A stretch of DNA of 64,000 nt from positions 151,218,001 to 151,282,000 of the forward strand of contig OZ024743.1 in the NCBI GenBank assembly GCA_964016885.1, read 5' to 3'. The translations under genes and the position numbers were made by a program. This DNA is from Eledone cirrhosa. Its lineage: Eukaryota. A model generated the notes under the pieces. The model searched no databases. It was not told where the DNA came from and worked only from the letters and a program-made list of their open reading frames with translations. Positions 25,731 through 39,830 of the stretch are shown here, piece by piece (the first letter of the stretch is position 1; each line of letters opens with the position of its first letter).

Positions 25731-26737
25731 TTAAGTTTTGCTATTTTACTCCCCCGTCTTCAAATTCACCCCATCCTAATTTCTCTTCAACCACTTCTAC
25801 CCAACAGACAAATAGAACTAAATCTCTGTTATTTCCTATAATTCTCTAAAGTGTCCATGCTCTCATGGACTAAAGACAAAGGAGATTCTTTTTTCTGTCC
25901 AGTTTGTCTTGATGTCACTAAGTCTTCTAAGTAACTTAAGAAACTTCAAACTGTACCCATGTGTGAGTATATATATAAGTATACATAACATATTTGGTTA
26001 TTATTCTTTAGAAATGAAACATTGTTTTTACATCATCATAACGTTTCAATTGGTTAGTCTATGATTGTCAGACCAAGTTACATTCCTGGATATGTATATA
26101 GTACCAGACTGGCTAGTATACATTAGTGGACTAAATCTTAGCTAAACAATACAGTTTCTTAACTAGAATCCAGTCAGGTACTAATGATGATTGAATATCA
26201 AATTGATTAAAACCTTGTGAGTACAAAAAACAAAAATAAAATGACTTCATTTCTAAAGTTGACATTCACTAGTCCAAAATTGTACAATTTTATAATTATT
26301 TTACTACTTGTTACTATTAAGCAGTTATATATTTGAAACATATTGAATTGATACCTGGTATTGTTAGCATCTAATATTCACTGGCTTTCTCTCTGTCTCT
26401 TTCACACATACATACAATGTTTACATTTAACACATACGAATATCCAAAATGTACAGCTTCAAAGATTTTATACAAACTATTGGTGATGTGAACATAAAAT
26501 AAAATTACATGATAACCTGGTAGAATACAGTATTGTTTCCCACATTATAACTTATTTATGTCCAAATACATTACGGGTTTTGTTTAAATGTAAACATGTA
26601 TTTGTGATTAAATTTTGCTAAACTTCAATGAACTTAATAATATAAATAATTACTTTAAACTTGTAGTAGAGTCATATTATCTATCTCGGTTGACTGATAT
26701 TTGTACTGAGATATTATATATATATATATATATATAT

Positions 26738-27407
26738 CTGTCTAATTGCCTGTTGGCATTTAATGTCCAGAAAAGTTTTAGGCACTACAATTGTTTACTG
26801 TCGCACTGTATTTGCCACAGTACTTGGAGACTAGAGTCGAATGTTACCATTCTATTGTACAGCGATTCGAGACAGATTTTCTCTAATAACTGATATTTTA
26901 ACTCCCTTGTTAATTTGTGTTTGACTTGAGATATATTGGTCGAGTCCTTATGGAAGGGGCCGAAGAATAGAATCTCGACCCCTACATTCACGTAAATTTC
27001 TGAACCAGTGGCCAATCAGTTGACGGTATTTTGATGGCGTGTAGGGATTTCAGTTACTAATGTACTACTGTGTCGCCTGTCGCATTTACTGCCATAGGCA
27101 GCATGGACTGGAATTGAATTCTGTAGATCAATCGGTTATTGATTAGGTGAGACCCACTGGTGAAGCCACATGTGCCGATTGAGCATTATTGCATAATAAA
27201 TGCAGACAATAGATGCTGTACGCTCTCTTGCTACATTAAGTGTGGCCAAAACTCAAGTACAGGTATAAATTAATGGTACCCATTTACATGTGTTGTATTG
27301 AGGAAAATAACTGAGTCTATTCTGGAATTTTTACATAACCTTACCTATTGAGTACACTGAGATGCAACCGGTACTAGCAGGGAAACCTTATGCTAGTCCC
27401 TCAACTT
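26738..27407. other. Unclassified CpG-rich segment bounded by (TA)n on both sides
   Basis: (TA)n at ~26715-26737 and ~27409-27427; many CpGs; hairpin actagca...tgctagt at 27373-27397; no TIR and no recognisable ORF. Confidence 0.45.
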
Positions 27408-29493
27408 ATTATATATATATATATATACACACATACACATAATACAACATTTCTTTATCCGTGTATATCTGTAAATGCATAACATGTCTATATTCACTGT
27501 CAGCAAAATGTGAGGTTTCGTGCCAGCTAAGCTGTAGAATTGGGTCCATTCTCAAAAGTAAGTAATTCCTGGAAAACTTCATTGCCAATAACAACATTCT
27601 GTTGAAGATTTAATCGGCTTACAAAGCTGATTAAATTTGATAATTCTGTAATATTAATTCTTAGCAATGTCATATAATTATCAGAACATTAATCTTAGTA
27701 TATTTTCTTTATAATCTCAACTATGAAAAAAAAACAACCCTTATATATATATATATATATATATATAAGCTAAAGAATGCTTCATGCAAGCTTATGAGAC
27801 TGGTCATATCATGCTGAAAACAATAGTTTTCAACTAATCTAGGAAATCAAGCAATATTCAATCTGGTTTGTGCTTATGGTTGGTGATTAACTCTGAAATC
27901 CAGGTATTGTATTTCTCCACTTTTACATGAGATCAAATGGGATAAAATTATTGCTATTTTAAAACAAACTAATACATCTAATTCATTTTAAAAGGACCAC
28001 TATATGTGCATATGCATGTACACACATTTGTTAAAAGAGAAGACAAAAAAAACATGTGGATGTGAATAGATTTAAATAAGTTGAAAATATTAAACAAAGA
28101 TTAGAAAGAAAAGCAGTGTCACATCTTAATCTTTCAATTATAGTTAGTTAATTGGAGATGGACAATACATCCTAACAATATTTGACTGAGAGAGAGAGAG
28201 ACAGAGAGAGAAAGAGAAAAGGACAAGTATAGTGTTTGGATGATGGTTGATATGTGGATAGTTTCCATATTTTGAACATTCTTAGAATTATCATACTGTG
28301 TTAATCATGGATTATGTACCATTATTCCTAAAACTGCTTTGTTCTAGTGAGGATTATAAAGAATTAAATGAGTCAACTCATTCTAAAATCTTACAGATTT
28401 TCTCAAAGTAATGCTGCCATATTTACACTTGCTAATCACTATATTAGAACCTTCAACTAATTTCAGGTGATCAATCAAAATCAAACAATTACGTTTATCA
28501 GAGCTAATGTTAAGAATAGATCAACCAAAGTGCTTTTAATTAAAAACTAAATGAAATGCACATTTTTATGAGATTCTGACTGATTGAAATTCTCACTTGT
28601 TTTTTTATTGTTAAAAAAATGTTTGTTTGCATGGATGAATCAAATAATTAGTTCCTAAGCTTTAGAAACATCAAATTATTTTCAATTGAATATTGACTGT
28701 GTTAACAGAGGCATTCACTCCTACCTAAGATGTAATTGGCTGGCACAAACAATCAAATATCTTCTGTATTTAGGGATGGATGTCTATAACAAAATACAAT
28801 ACATGAGACAGTGCTCTAGCTGTTGAAGATAATAGCCAAATCTTCCTCAAAATAACACCCAACTTTCTTGAATATGGAAAAGAAGCATTGGATAATTTAA
28901 TATTATATGCTCCTAAAAATGAAAGAATCATGACTAGAGTACTTTTGATAATGACTTTGTTCAATGAAGTTTGGTGCAGAACTGAAGGACAATTGTGCGT
29001 GTGTGCATGTGTCAGTGTTTGCTTGTGTGTGTGTGAAATTATATATTCAAATATATACCATTGTTTCACTACTAACAAATTAAGATAAAATATTTTGTTA
29101 TGTTACTTCTTGTTATAATTAAAATATTCCCCTTTCTCTAGTTAAAGTGTTATTAAGCAATGAGCAAAAATGTTAGAAAGAAATGTAAAAAAAAGTATTA
29201 AAATATTCTGAAGCAAGAGGCAAAATTTTGTATGAGATAATTACTCTAGTGCTTTATGTATACTAATAGTTATAAAATAAAAATGAAGTTTTAAGGGTGC
29301 TAGCAAATATTTTTTGAAGACATAAGCATACACTACAAGTGTGCAAAGCAAATTAGATGCCTAGGACTCACTAAACTTAATAGTTATGGTATTATATGTA
29401 GAACCCAAGATTGAGATAAAAAGGTTAAAACTATATCTATAATATTAAAGAAATTCTTGTTTTATTGCTTTTGTAGAATTATCATTAACTAAC

Positions 29494-29778
29494 CATTTCC
29501 TGCTTCTTCAGTTATTTCAGACATTGGTCCATCCCGATCTAGCTCGGGCATTTCATCAATATCATCCGTAGTCACAGAAACACTGACACTGCTGACATCT
29601 GGTGAGCCAAGAGCAGAGTCACTGCTGTAGTGTTTTGGAATGCCAAGCTCATTGTATAAATAGTTCTTGGGAGGCAAGGGAGGCGGTGTTGGAGATGACA
29701 CAGGTGGAGAGGTGAGGAGAGGTGCTTTCGTTATCTTCGTTTTGGAACTTTGGACCACTCCAAGCCGAGGAGTTGCAG
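29494..29778 (-). CDS. Internal coding exon (285 bp, phase 1-1) of an unidentified large minus-strand gene; Pro-rich and Ser/acidic disordered segment
   Basis: Minus strand shows branch-like TTAAC, pyrimidine tract and acceptor (cttctttctccttttctctctAG|ctgca), then donor (aatg|GTTAGT). 285 nt = 95 codons, open: ATPRLGVVQSSKTKITKAPLLTSPPVSSPTPPPLPPKNYLYNELGIPKHYSSDSALGSPDVSSVSVSVTTDDIDEMPELDRDGPMSEITEEAGN. GC clearly above flanks; no TE motifs. Confidence 0.88.
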
Positions 29779-32436
29779 CTAGAGAGAAAAGGAGAAAGAA
29801 GCAGTTAATATCAGCCAAGATCATGGCCCGGCGTTTATTTATTTTATCATTTGTAAACTTTCTCAAATTAACAAAGTGTGTGAAATCTTTTACAGAAAAG
29901 GAATTCAATTTTTCCTTTAAGCATTTTAAACTAATGTACTACAATATTGGTACTCTATTTAAAATGCTTTCACAGTGTAGATATAAAATAATTTTAAAAT
30001 TCTTTGGACGAAACTTCCAAAGATTCAAAAAAATTATTTTTGTCGCCTATAATTTGACAATTCTATTTTTTTTTTTTTTTTTTTTCATTTTCTAAACTTT
30101 TATAAATTCCTTGGTTGGTAGTGTTCTAAATGCAACAAATGTTCTTGCAGTTTTATTTTCTGAAAAGGATACAATGAAATATATATACAAACTTAATTAT
30201 GAAACATTTGGCACAGTCGTAAGCCCTGTATATAAAATGCTATAAAATAAATCTATTGAAAAAAACTACTCTATAATAAATGAGTGAATAGAAACACAAT
30301 TATATATAAAAGGTGTATGTTTAAATAGTGTTTCTTTTCAAGAACATTGAATAAGTCTATGTATAAAAAAACAAAAATGAAAAAAAATTCATTTATAACA
30401 AAATATCACAGAACATAGATAGTTGCCTTAGTTAAAATGATATAAAATAAGTGAAGAAGAATTCCTATCGTGTTTTTACAAAAAATAAAACTGCTTTTTA
30501 AAGCTGCAAGGTATTTTCTTATTCATAATTATCATCAAATCGAAAATTTAATTGCTGAAAAACATGACTTTACTGATTAATTTTAGTTTGATTGGCTCTG
30601 GGTTTTCTTTAACACTTAGCTACATCATATAAAATTGAAAGAAAATAAACTTTAAAAGATCTAATAGGAGAGAGATATATTTATTTTATCTGTATATTTT
30701 CGCTATAAAGAATAGTAAAATAAGTAACAAATTTTTGTTAAAAGAGATGTATAAATAAAGCTAAATAGTGTCAAGCTGCTGCAGCCTAACATGAAAAGTT
30801 GACTAACCTACTTAGGAACTGATACAGAAGAATTTAGGAACAGAATGTTCTTGTCTAGTTTGGTAGGTCAGAACATATCTCATTCCCTTCCTTTTCCTAC
30901 CATTAAAACAAAACATAATAAAAGAAAATCTAAGAACTCAAGAACACTAATTCCAGCTATGTGCTAACACATATCTTACCAACAAGTTGGAATTTGGAAT
31001 TTAACAAAAATAAATGCTATTTTATTGATAACCTTTTTATTTTTATTTATTCGTATTGAGATGAAAGAAATTCCAATTTATATACTTTTGTTGTTTTAGA
31101 ATATTAAATTGCTACAGAAAACAGAAATGCCCTCTTTCAGAATGAAAGGTTGAAACCTGACACCTAACATTTTAGTCATCATTCACATCATGTTTATATC
31201 TGTTTACAGATTAGATGGAGTTATGTTGAAATCTATTATTATACAAAACTGCTTTAATATTTATCAGACTATAATTATCTATTTAGTAAAGTTTAACAGA
31301 AAATGAAGGAAAAAGGGGAAAATAAAATATAAAAAAAACCCAAAAAACAAAACAAAACAAACAAACTAGATACCTCTCTTCATTTATTCATCTACCTGCC
31401 TTGAACTTACATTCCTCTTGATCATGTTTACTATAAGATAAATATCCTTACACCTCTGCACCCATTCAACATGACTGAAACTAACATTTTTATGCATAAA
31501 TTTTGTAAGGGAAAGGCAATGGATTTTCTTCAGATTTTCTTAACCTATGGAATTGGAATAGATGGAAGTGATTAGTTTGGTCAATAAATCTCTTGAATAT
31601 ATCAAGAAATGATTTTTGTGTTAAATTGATATAGTTCTTAAGATAACCCATTGCATGCTCATTATTTCCATTAGGCTCAAATGGAGCAAATCAAATGATT
31701 AAAACATTAAATTGGAAATGATTTTTTTATTTTTTTATAGCAATAATCTTATTTATACAAAGAACTCTAGAAGTTATAGAGATGATGTTAAAATAACACC
31801 TAAGTTAGGAATGGTAGAAGTAAAATAGTGGTTAGAACTAAAAAACTAATGAATCTTGAAATGTGCTTAATCTGAATATAGTATGTTGTAACTTTCTGGA
31901 AAAAGTTTGAAACAATAAGCACAATCCTTATTGACATTAAAACATTACAATATTAATCTATAGTTAACTGTATAGAAGTGAAAATTTAATTTCCAACCAT
32001 CCTAGTGCAAGTTTTAACCAGCTTTTAAATCTGATGTAGAAAATTTCAGTCTTTCACCCGCATTGGAAATTATTAATAAATAGGGATTCAAGAAAACTCA
32101 GAATGATTAAAGGTTAACAATTATATTTGTAATTTGTTTTCTGTAGCAAGATACATATAGACATAAACCTAAATATACATCTCTTAAATAAAGATTGAAC
32201 TAAGTAAAAACTGGATGTGATTATCACTGGCATAAAAATAAAAGTATATGAAAAGAGGAAGTATATTTACAAGAATTAATGAGATAAGCCAGAAGTTTAA
32301 TATAGAGAAAGTCAGGTAAGAAAACTGATGAAGCTAAATATGTTAATGGAATGAAGAAAAAGAAAATCATATCACATTAAAACTGGGAACTATAATTGAA
32401 TTATTAATGTAAACGAGATCTAGTTTATCATTTTAT

Positions 32437-35270
32437 ACAACAACAACCATCTTCCCTGCAAAAGCAGGAGTTAGCCTTGTGGGTACCATGACAAGTTTAT
32501 CCATTTTCATCTGCATCCCCACCTCATCAACCACACGGCTATCATTTCCTTCTCCATTCTTAGTCATGTCTTTCTAGATCTTCCCCTTTCTCTATTACCT
32601 TCAACATTCATTTTCTTCACTCTTTTCACCCAGTCACTTTCATCAACACATGACCCAACCACTACATTCCATTTCTCTTTACAACATTCATCATTGGCTC
32701 CATTCCAATTATTCTATGCAATTCATCATTTGTCTTCCGCTCTCTCAGCAATACACCCCTCATCCACCAGACCATTCTCATTTCCATTTTTCCCCAGCTT
32801 TCTCTGTTGCATCATGTTGACACCCATGTCTCACTCCCATAAATCATGACATTTCTCACACATGTAGCATGCACCTTTCCCTTCAGTTTCAGTGGCACTT
32901 TTCTCCTCATTAACACACCACTCAGTTCCTGGAACTTTTTTCATGCACATCTCACTCTCGCTACTCTCACAGAATACAATCTACCCTTTCCATTCAACAT
33001 GTCTCCAAGGTAACAAAATATTTTCCCACCTCCCATCTTCAATCAATTCCCAAGATCCAGCTCAATATCAAATTCGACTCTGTAGCTCCTTCCACACATA
33101 CTTTACATTTAAATGTAGCTTCAAACCACTACATTTTTGTTGTACCTACACAGTGCATATTGTACATTTAATGGAGGTAACTCCAACACCCTTCTTGCAC
33201 ACTGCACATGGCCACCACCCAGTTCTTTCCATCTCACCAAATGCATGCAATCACCTTTGTCTTTCCAATATTCACCTTCATTCCATTTGCCTCCATACTA
33301 TTTCCACCTATTCATCTTCTCCCTCAGTCCATCCATATTCTCTGTTATTAACAGCAAGTCATCTGCACACAACTCTCATAATAAACTCTCTGTACACTTT
33401 AGGATCAGTACCCTCCAGCCTTCACTTTAAACTTATTACCATTCTTCTCCTTTCTCCTTATGACTGTATACACATTCTCCTACATTATCTAACCCACTAT
33501 TCCTCCCTAACTCTCTCAATGCCCATGTCATTACTTCACATGAAACCATATCAAAAGCTTTCTCCAGATCAACAAACCCTAAAAGCAAATTCTTCCTCTT
33601 GTCCCTGTACTTTTTCTGTAACTACCTTACAATAAAAAAAAAATGCATTAATTGTTCCTGTTCCTGGCACAAATCTAAACTGCATTTCATCAATCTTCAC
33701 TTTTCCTTATCCTCTTCTCTAACACTCTTTCCTACACATCCATTTCACGCTCCAACAACTTCATTGTTCTATATGAGCCATAGACTAGAAGATGCCCTTG
33801 AGAGTACTCAACTCCTAATTTACTGGAATAGTCTTCATTCACCACTAACCTACAGATCTCTCACATCTTCAAATCATAACTTCCCACAGCTTTTAACAGA
33901 CCTGACACAACTCCCATTGGCCCTTCTGCCCTTCTTTATCTTTCTATGTGCCTTGTCAACTTCTTTCTCAGCTACTCTGAGAACTGGATTGCTCTTTATG
34001 TTGCCATCCCATTCATTCTCCATATATATCTCCCGTCTTTCTTTAATTCCATCTGAATATATAACAATTTCTTCCACTTCATCCTTCAAGCATTTCACTT
34101 CTGTTACATCACATTTCTCACTTGCAATCCAAAACACTTCTCTCTGATCCTGCTCTGAATCCTTTCATTCTCTAAACATTCTTCTAAGTGCCTCTTGTGC
34201 TCTTGCCACTTCTTGTAACCCCAGTGAGTTGACACTTTTGTGACTGTATACCTCACTCTCTGCCATTCACTGAATCTTCCAGTTTTCTCACAAATCTGTT
34301 TTCCAATTTCATCATCTCATCACTATATTTCCACATGTCTTGGTGGTCCTATTGTTCATTCACACACATTACCAACAGCTCCTAACAAACCACCTTTCAA
34401 AGATATCCAAGAACTCTTAAGTTCATTGGCATTATCTTCCAACATAGTTAGTCTCTCTCTTAGAGCCTCCCTCACTGTTGTTTCTTTTAACCTCTACACC
34501 TTCAGCTTTGGTTCATATTTACTCTGCTGGGCTTACCTCTCACCTTTCACTCTTTGGTCACAGACAACTAGATGGTACTGTGTAATCTCTTACCATGGGT
34601 TTACATTTGTATCACAAAAGTTCCTATCTCACTCATGTACCATCAGGTAGTCAACAGTTGATGATGACCCACCCTATGTGTACATAACTGTGTTGTCTTC
34701 TTTCTGGAACTGGGTGTTACTGAGTGGAATCTCAGCTCCATCAGCAAACTCCAAAATTCTTTAACTCCCTTCATTCTTCACACCATACTCATAGCTTCCC
34801 TGGACTTCTTCAAAACCATCCAAACTTCCTTATCTTTTGTGTTTTCAATCATCATCTCTGTTGCACACCAAAACGTTTTTTTTTTTCTTTTCATCACTCT
34901 GACATGCTTTTGGGAGTGTATCCTGAGACGATGTTCACCAAGAACTTTCCAATCACGAGATTCACCATCATCAACCATTTACTCAGAAATCAAGACAACA
35001 ACACCATACACAATTTCCTAACTCCCCTATGACAGAAACTTGTATTTCTGTCTTTGTCTTTCTCTCACTAGTCTTTCTCACACCATTTTTCTTCCACCTC
35101 TTCTATTCAATGCCTCAACCCCTTTTCTTGATCTTTGTGTCATCATTCCTTCATTCAGTTTTGATGAGAGGGTGTGAAGATCCTCACATGGTATTTCAGG
35201 CTGTACCCTACCTTTATGTCCTTTTTAAGGTATTGTTTTATGGCTGAATACACCTTTTGGCACTAACTAT
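32437..35270 (-). mobile_element. Near full-length but decayed RTE/RTE-X LINE (APE endonuclease + RT)
   Basis: KYKF...GVVVLISE and SSTVDYLMV (endonuclease), FVDLEKAFDMV, FCYLGDML, CVRNVMIYGSETW (RT/thumb); 3' stem-loop cctgc-aaaa-gcagg followed by (GTT)n tail; many stops and frameshifts. Confidence 0.9.
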
Positions 35271-36009
35271 TTTAGTCAACTTTTATAACATGTAGAGATA
35301 TATTGTATCTATTCTAAACTGGATATAGTTTGTCATCCTATGAGGAATGTATTTAGAACATATTGATATAAGAAAGAAAAAAAGAAATGAAAGTAAATTC
35401 AGAATGTGTTACACCAAAATGTTTTTATTAGGAAATTATATTCTTCAGTGTTCTTTTGTAAAAAGAAATCCTTGTTTTGTGTTGAATAAAATATAAATGA
35501 AAATATATAAATTCCAGGGTGAAAACTAGTTTTGAAAATTAGATTGAAATATACAAAATAAGATTTGAATTAATGGAAATGAACTTGGCCTCCAATGGCA
35601 GAAAAATAAAGATGTTTGTAGATATAGTTCTAAATTTCCATTTCAATATTTAATGAATTCCTTTAGAGTGTATAAAGTCCTAAGATGGTTTCATATCAAG
35701 GGAATGTTGCTGATAAAGACTAGAGATGTAATATTACAGAAGTTAATTTTCACCCAATATATACAAGTGAATAACTTCATATTTATAAAATTTAATATAT
35801 TATCGTCTTATTAAGGTTTATCAAATGAATAAAAAATAAAAACCAAAAGAAAAAATTCAAAAGCCCAATATTTCTCCAAGATACAAATGTTTGTATACAT
35901 TTTCTATTAGAAATCCATTCACATTTAGAATGACATAGAAATATTAAATTTTCATATGTAGTTCAGTAAAAGATACTACACTGTTAAGCTCTTATCATTT
36001 GTGTTATAT

Positions 36010-36010
36010 A

Positions 36011-36089
<79 letters not shown>
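36010..36089. repeat. (CA)n(TA)n microsatellite
   Basis: Direct observation. Confidence 0.95.
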
Positions 36090-37554
36090 AATTAACAGCT
36101 AAAATTTAATAAAACCACATTAGTTATTAAATGTAACATTTTGAGAGAGAAAACTACAAGATCATGTATATACAAAATTTGAACTGCAAAAAAATGACAT
36201 TTGAAGTAAGGGGGAGGCAGATGCTCTATAATGTAATGCAGTCAGCTGGCTTGTAACAGACAGCTAAGTCGTTTCAGTTTCTCTAGTTGGCAAACATTGT
36301 TTATAATCTCTAATATCCTATTCCTTTATTGTTTCACTGGTTTCAATCATTAGACTGTGGCCATGTTGGAGTACTATCTTTAAGGTTTTTTTTAAATTGT
36401 TATAACCTCTTTACGCCATTTTATGTAAAACAATCTGCTGTCATATCTTGTAATGTCCCATTTCTTGCGTGCCTTGTGGCAAATAAGGAAACACATCTTT
36501 AAGGTTTTTTTGTCAGACAGCCATAGTGACTTCAGTATTCATTTTATCCTGGTATTTTTTTTTTTTCACCTTGGACTTGTTTTAATTAGTGGTGTTTTGT
36601 CAAACATAACACACACATGGACACAGAACCTCGCAATACACATATACACTTCAATATTATGTGATCTATACCACATATGCAACTCTATACATGTTTGTTT
36701 TTTTCTTCTATTTTCTATTCCTTATTCCCAGCCTATCTTTTTGAAGAAGAGCTTAAGCTGGAAACGCACAAAATTTCTGTTTCCATGCATACATATGACA
36801 GATTTCTAAAGTTTTAGTTCTCTAAATTCCAATTATAATGTAAGCCTTATGCTGTACAATAGGAATAAATCAGACATCTCAAATTTCTTAACCACACAGT
36901 CATGCCTGTCCCTATATATATAAATCAATGTAAAAAGATGATCTCTTATTTAATGTGACTGCCTCTGAAATTTGTTTTTCCCCAGTGTAAGTGATATGTA
37001 TAACTGATGTGAATATCATTCCCATTCCTAGTGAAGCATAATAGTTAAATTAGGATAAGTGCTAATAATGCCCAGTCTTGATCTATATTATTTTATAAAC
37101 TTAAAAAAGTATCAATTTGGCCTATAAAAATAATTTACCACCAAATGTCAACACAAAATCCTTGCTGTTCCTAAACATTCCCTACAACTTTTAAATTACA
37201 ACCTAAAACCTTGTTCTGAGAGTGAATACAAATGCATTGTATTTAATGTAAAGATCAAGCAGTGGGTAAAAATAATATATAAGATAGTCTTGACAATTTT
37301 AAAATAGTCAGACAAATGAACCAATATAAATGAAATAGAATAAATGTAATGGAATACCAAATTTTGGTTAACGAACATTCAGAAAAAGATATATCATGTC
37401 ACTGAATTTTCGTAGATGGTAATGTGAATAGTTGAATGGCATTGAGCTCTATAACGAAATAAAATGTTTTGTTTTCTTTCTAATTATGTAAAATACTACT
37501 TATGAAAAAGTAATACACTAAAATGGCTTAGAATCAACTTTATGTTGTTGTTGG

Positions 37555-37878
37555 ACTTCCGTTGTTTCTAACAAGTCTTCCAGTTGATTCAATCAAAGGA
37601 ACTGCTTATTTTTGAAATTAATGTGTAAGTGGCTGAGCACTCTACAGACACATGCAGCCTTAACATAGTTCTCGGGGAGATTCAGCATGATACACTGTAT
37701 GACATGGCTGACCTACAGCTGAACTACAGGTACCATTTGTCTTTGCCAGGTGAGTGGACTGGAGGAACATGAAATAAAATGTCTTGCTTAAGGACACAAT
37801 GTGCTGTCTGGTTCAGAAATCAAACTCACAACCTTGTGATCATCAGATAAACACCCTAAGCATTAAACCACACACCTT
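37555..37878 (-). mobile_element. SINE family C (tRNA head plus CORE-like gtgtcctt.agcaagaca segment)
   Basis: Minus-strand A/B-box-like head, then gtgtccttaagcaagacatttta; homologous decayed copy at ~54480-54772. Confidence 0.75.
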
Positions 37879-39278
37879 GACTTTCTGCATTAATGTGTTT
37901 GTTAGGTTATCATGTAAAATCAAATGTTTTTTTGTGTTTTTTTAAATAAATAGACAGCTATAGATTATGAAAAATATTTAAACTTTAAACAGATATAATC
38001 TTTCTGGAACCAAGACCAAGGAAATTAAATTTGTTCTGCAAACACAAAATTATTGAACATCTTTCTAGGAATGTAGTAAATAAAGGACACAACTATAAAA
38101 CAAAAAAAAGTTTAGAAGTCTCATTTAGAATTAAGATTATACTTTTTACAATGTTACTACTTTTCTGCCACTAGAGGAACTTATCTTCATACTTTGAAGA
38201 AATATTTATCTTGTACAATATTCAATTTATCACATTTGTATTACTTATTCATTGTAGCAGCAGCAGCAGCAATAGCAGTAGTAGTAACAATAATAATATA
38301 GAGAAGTATCCAATCACTTGTAACAAGTATGTCAGTTATATACATTGCCTCAAAAGTAGGAGACCATAACACGAATATTTGCCAGCTTTTAAACATTTAA
38401 CAGTTGATTAAAGTCTAAAACACTGCCAATGTCTTGTTTGTTTTCATTTGACTCAGTGTGCTGATAGGGAATGAATACAGTACTGTTCAAATGAACAGGA
38501 CTATATCAAGAAAGTTAAAGAACCAAAAGTAAATAGGGAAAATAAATAAAATAATTATCAAAGCATAGCTAGTATCTTAGCTAGGAACAATAAAAACTAT
38601 AAAATATAGTCAGTTTTTAACTCAGTGATGTATCTACATATTTCCACCAGCTGTTTAATTACTGGCTTCTGAGAAAGAACAACATACAAACAAGAAGCAA
38701 AAACAGAGGCGATTGGTTCAATAGTTATTACTTTAAACAGCTTTTCTAATGCTTGAATCAACAGATATCTAGATATTTTTAGATCTGAAAACATTCTTGA
38801 GGAAATACCATTTGGAATCAAAAGATATTATTTGGGACAGTTTTGAACACATGTTTTCTCTAGTATAAGGGGTAAATTAGCTCAAGATAAGATTAAAACC
38901 ATTCATAACTTTCTATTTCAGAATTTTCTAAAGTTCAATATTACTTTCAGATTAAGGATCAATATTAGTATAATAAAAATGTTTCTGCATAAATAACCAC
39001 AATTAGTTAAAAATATAAACACTTTTGGTAAAACAATGGCTATCAGAAAATTGTGGAAAGTTTCTGTAGCTGAGGCTAGAATGGATAAGTGGCCACTAAA
39101 ATTATTATTAGAAGTATTATTGTTGAAACAGTTATTATTATTTTCAATAACAAATACCAACTCATTGATTTTAAATAGAAGCTCCAATCTTCTGAAATAC
39201 TCAAATTATTCCAGAATACACTCAATGTATTCCAGACAACAATTGATTTCATATTTACCAGAATTAACCAATTAAAAA

Positions 39279-39645
39279 ACACTAAATTCAATTCTTCAAA
39301 TGAGAACCAAGTAATTCTTTGGAATAATTTTCATAAAAGGAAATCAAGAAACATTTAAACAATCATTTATTTCGAAATATTTTTAATCAGATAATAGAAA
39401 TTTGAGGAAAAAATATATAAAATGTTCTATTTGTTGTAAATGGAAGGAAGCTACTAAGAACTGACAATGATTGAGAAATCACTTATATAATTAAAAAATG
39501 ATTTATGAGAGCTTTGTTCATTTAAAATCGTTTATCAAAATAAAATATGCACAATTTTTATGCAATTATAATTTTATACAATTATATACACTAAATTCAA
39601 TTCTTCAAATGAGAACCAAATAATTCTTTGGAATGATTTTCATAA
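39279..39645 (+). repeat. 58-bp direct repeat (39279-39336 and 39588-39645, 2 mismatches)
   Basis: acactaaattcaattcttcaaatgagaaccaa(g/a)taattctttggaat(a/g)attttcataa occurs twice. Confidence 0.92.
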
Positions 39646-39830
39646 GGCACTGTAGAAGTAGTTGATAGCTTATGTTACCTAAGAGACCAAATTAGCAGTA
39701 GAGATGGGTGTTCTGAAAGTATAGTAGCCAGAGTGAGAATAGGCTAGAAAAAGTTCAGGGGGCAACCACTGCTGCTAGCTACAAAAAGTTTTTCCTTTAA
39801 AATGAATAGATTGTATGAAGCTTGTGTATA
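39646..39830 (+). mobile_element. RTE-X LINE RT C-terminal fragment
   Basis: VEVVDSLCYLRDQISSRDGCSESIVARVRIG*KKFR...RLYEACV. Confidence 0.8.

Noticed and set aside
32892-34650. Long plus-strand ORFs (247, 182 and 136 aa)
   Set aside because: Antisense shadows of the decayed minus-strand RTE; Ser/Leu/His-biased with no domain.
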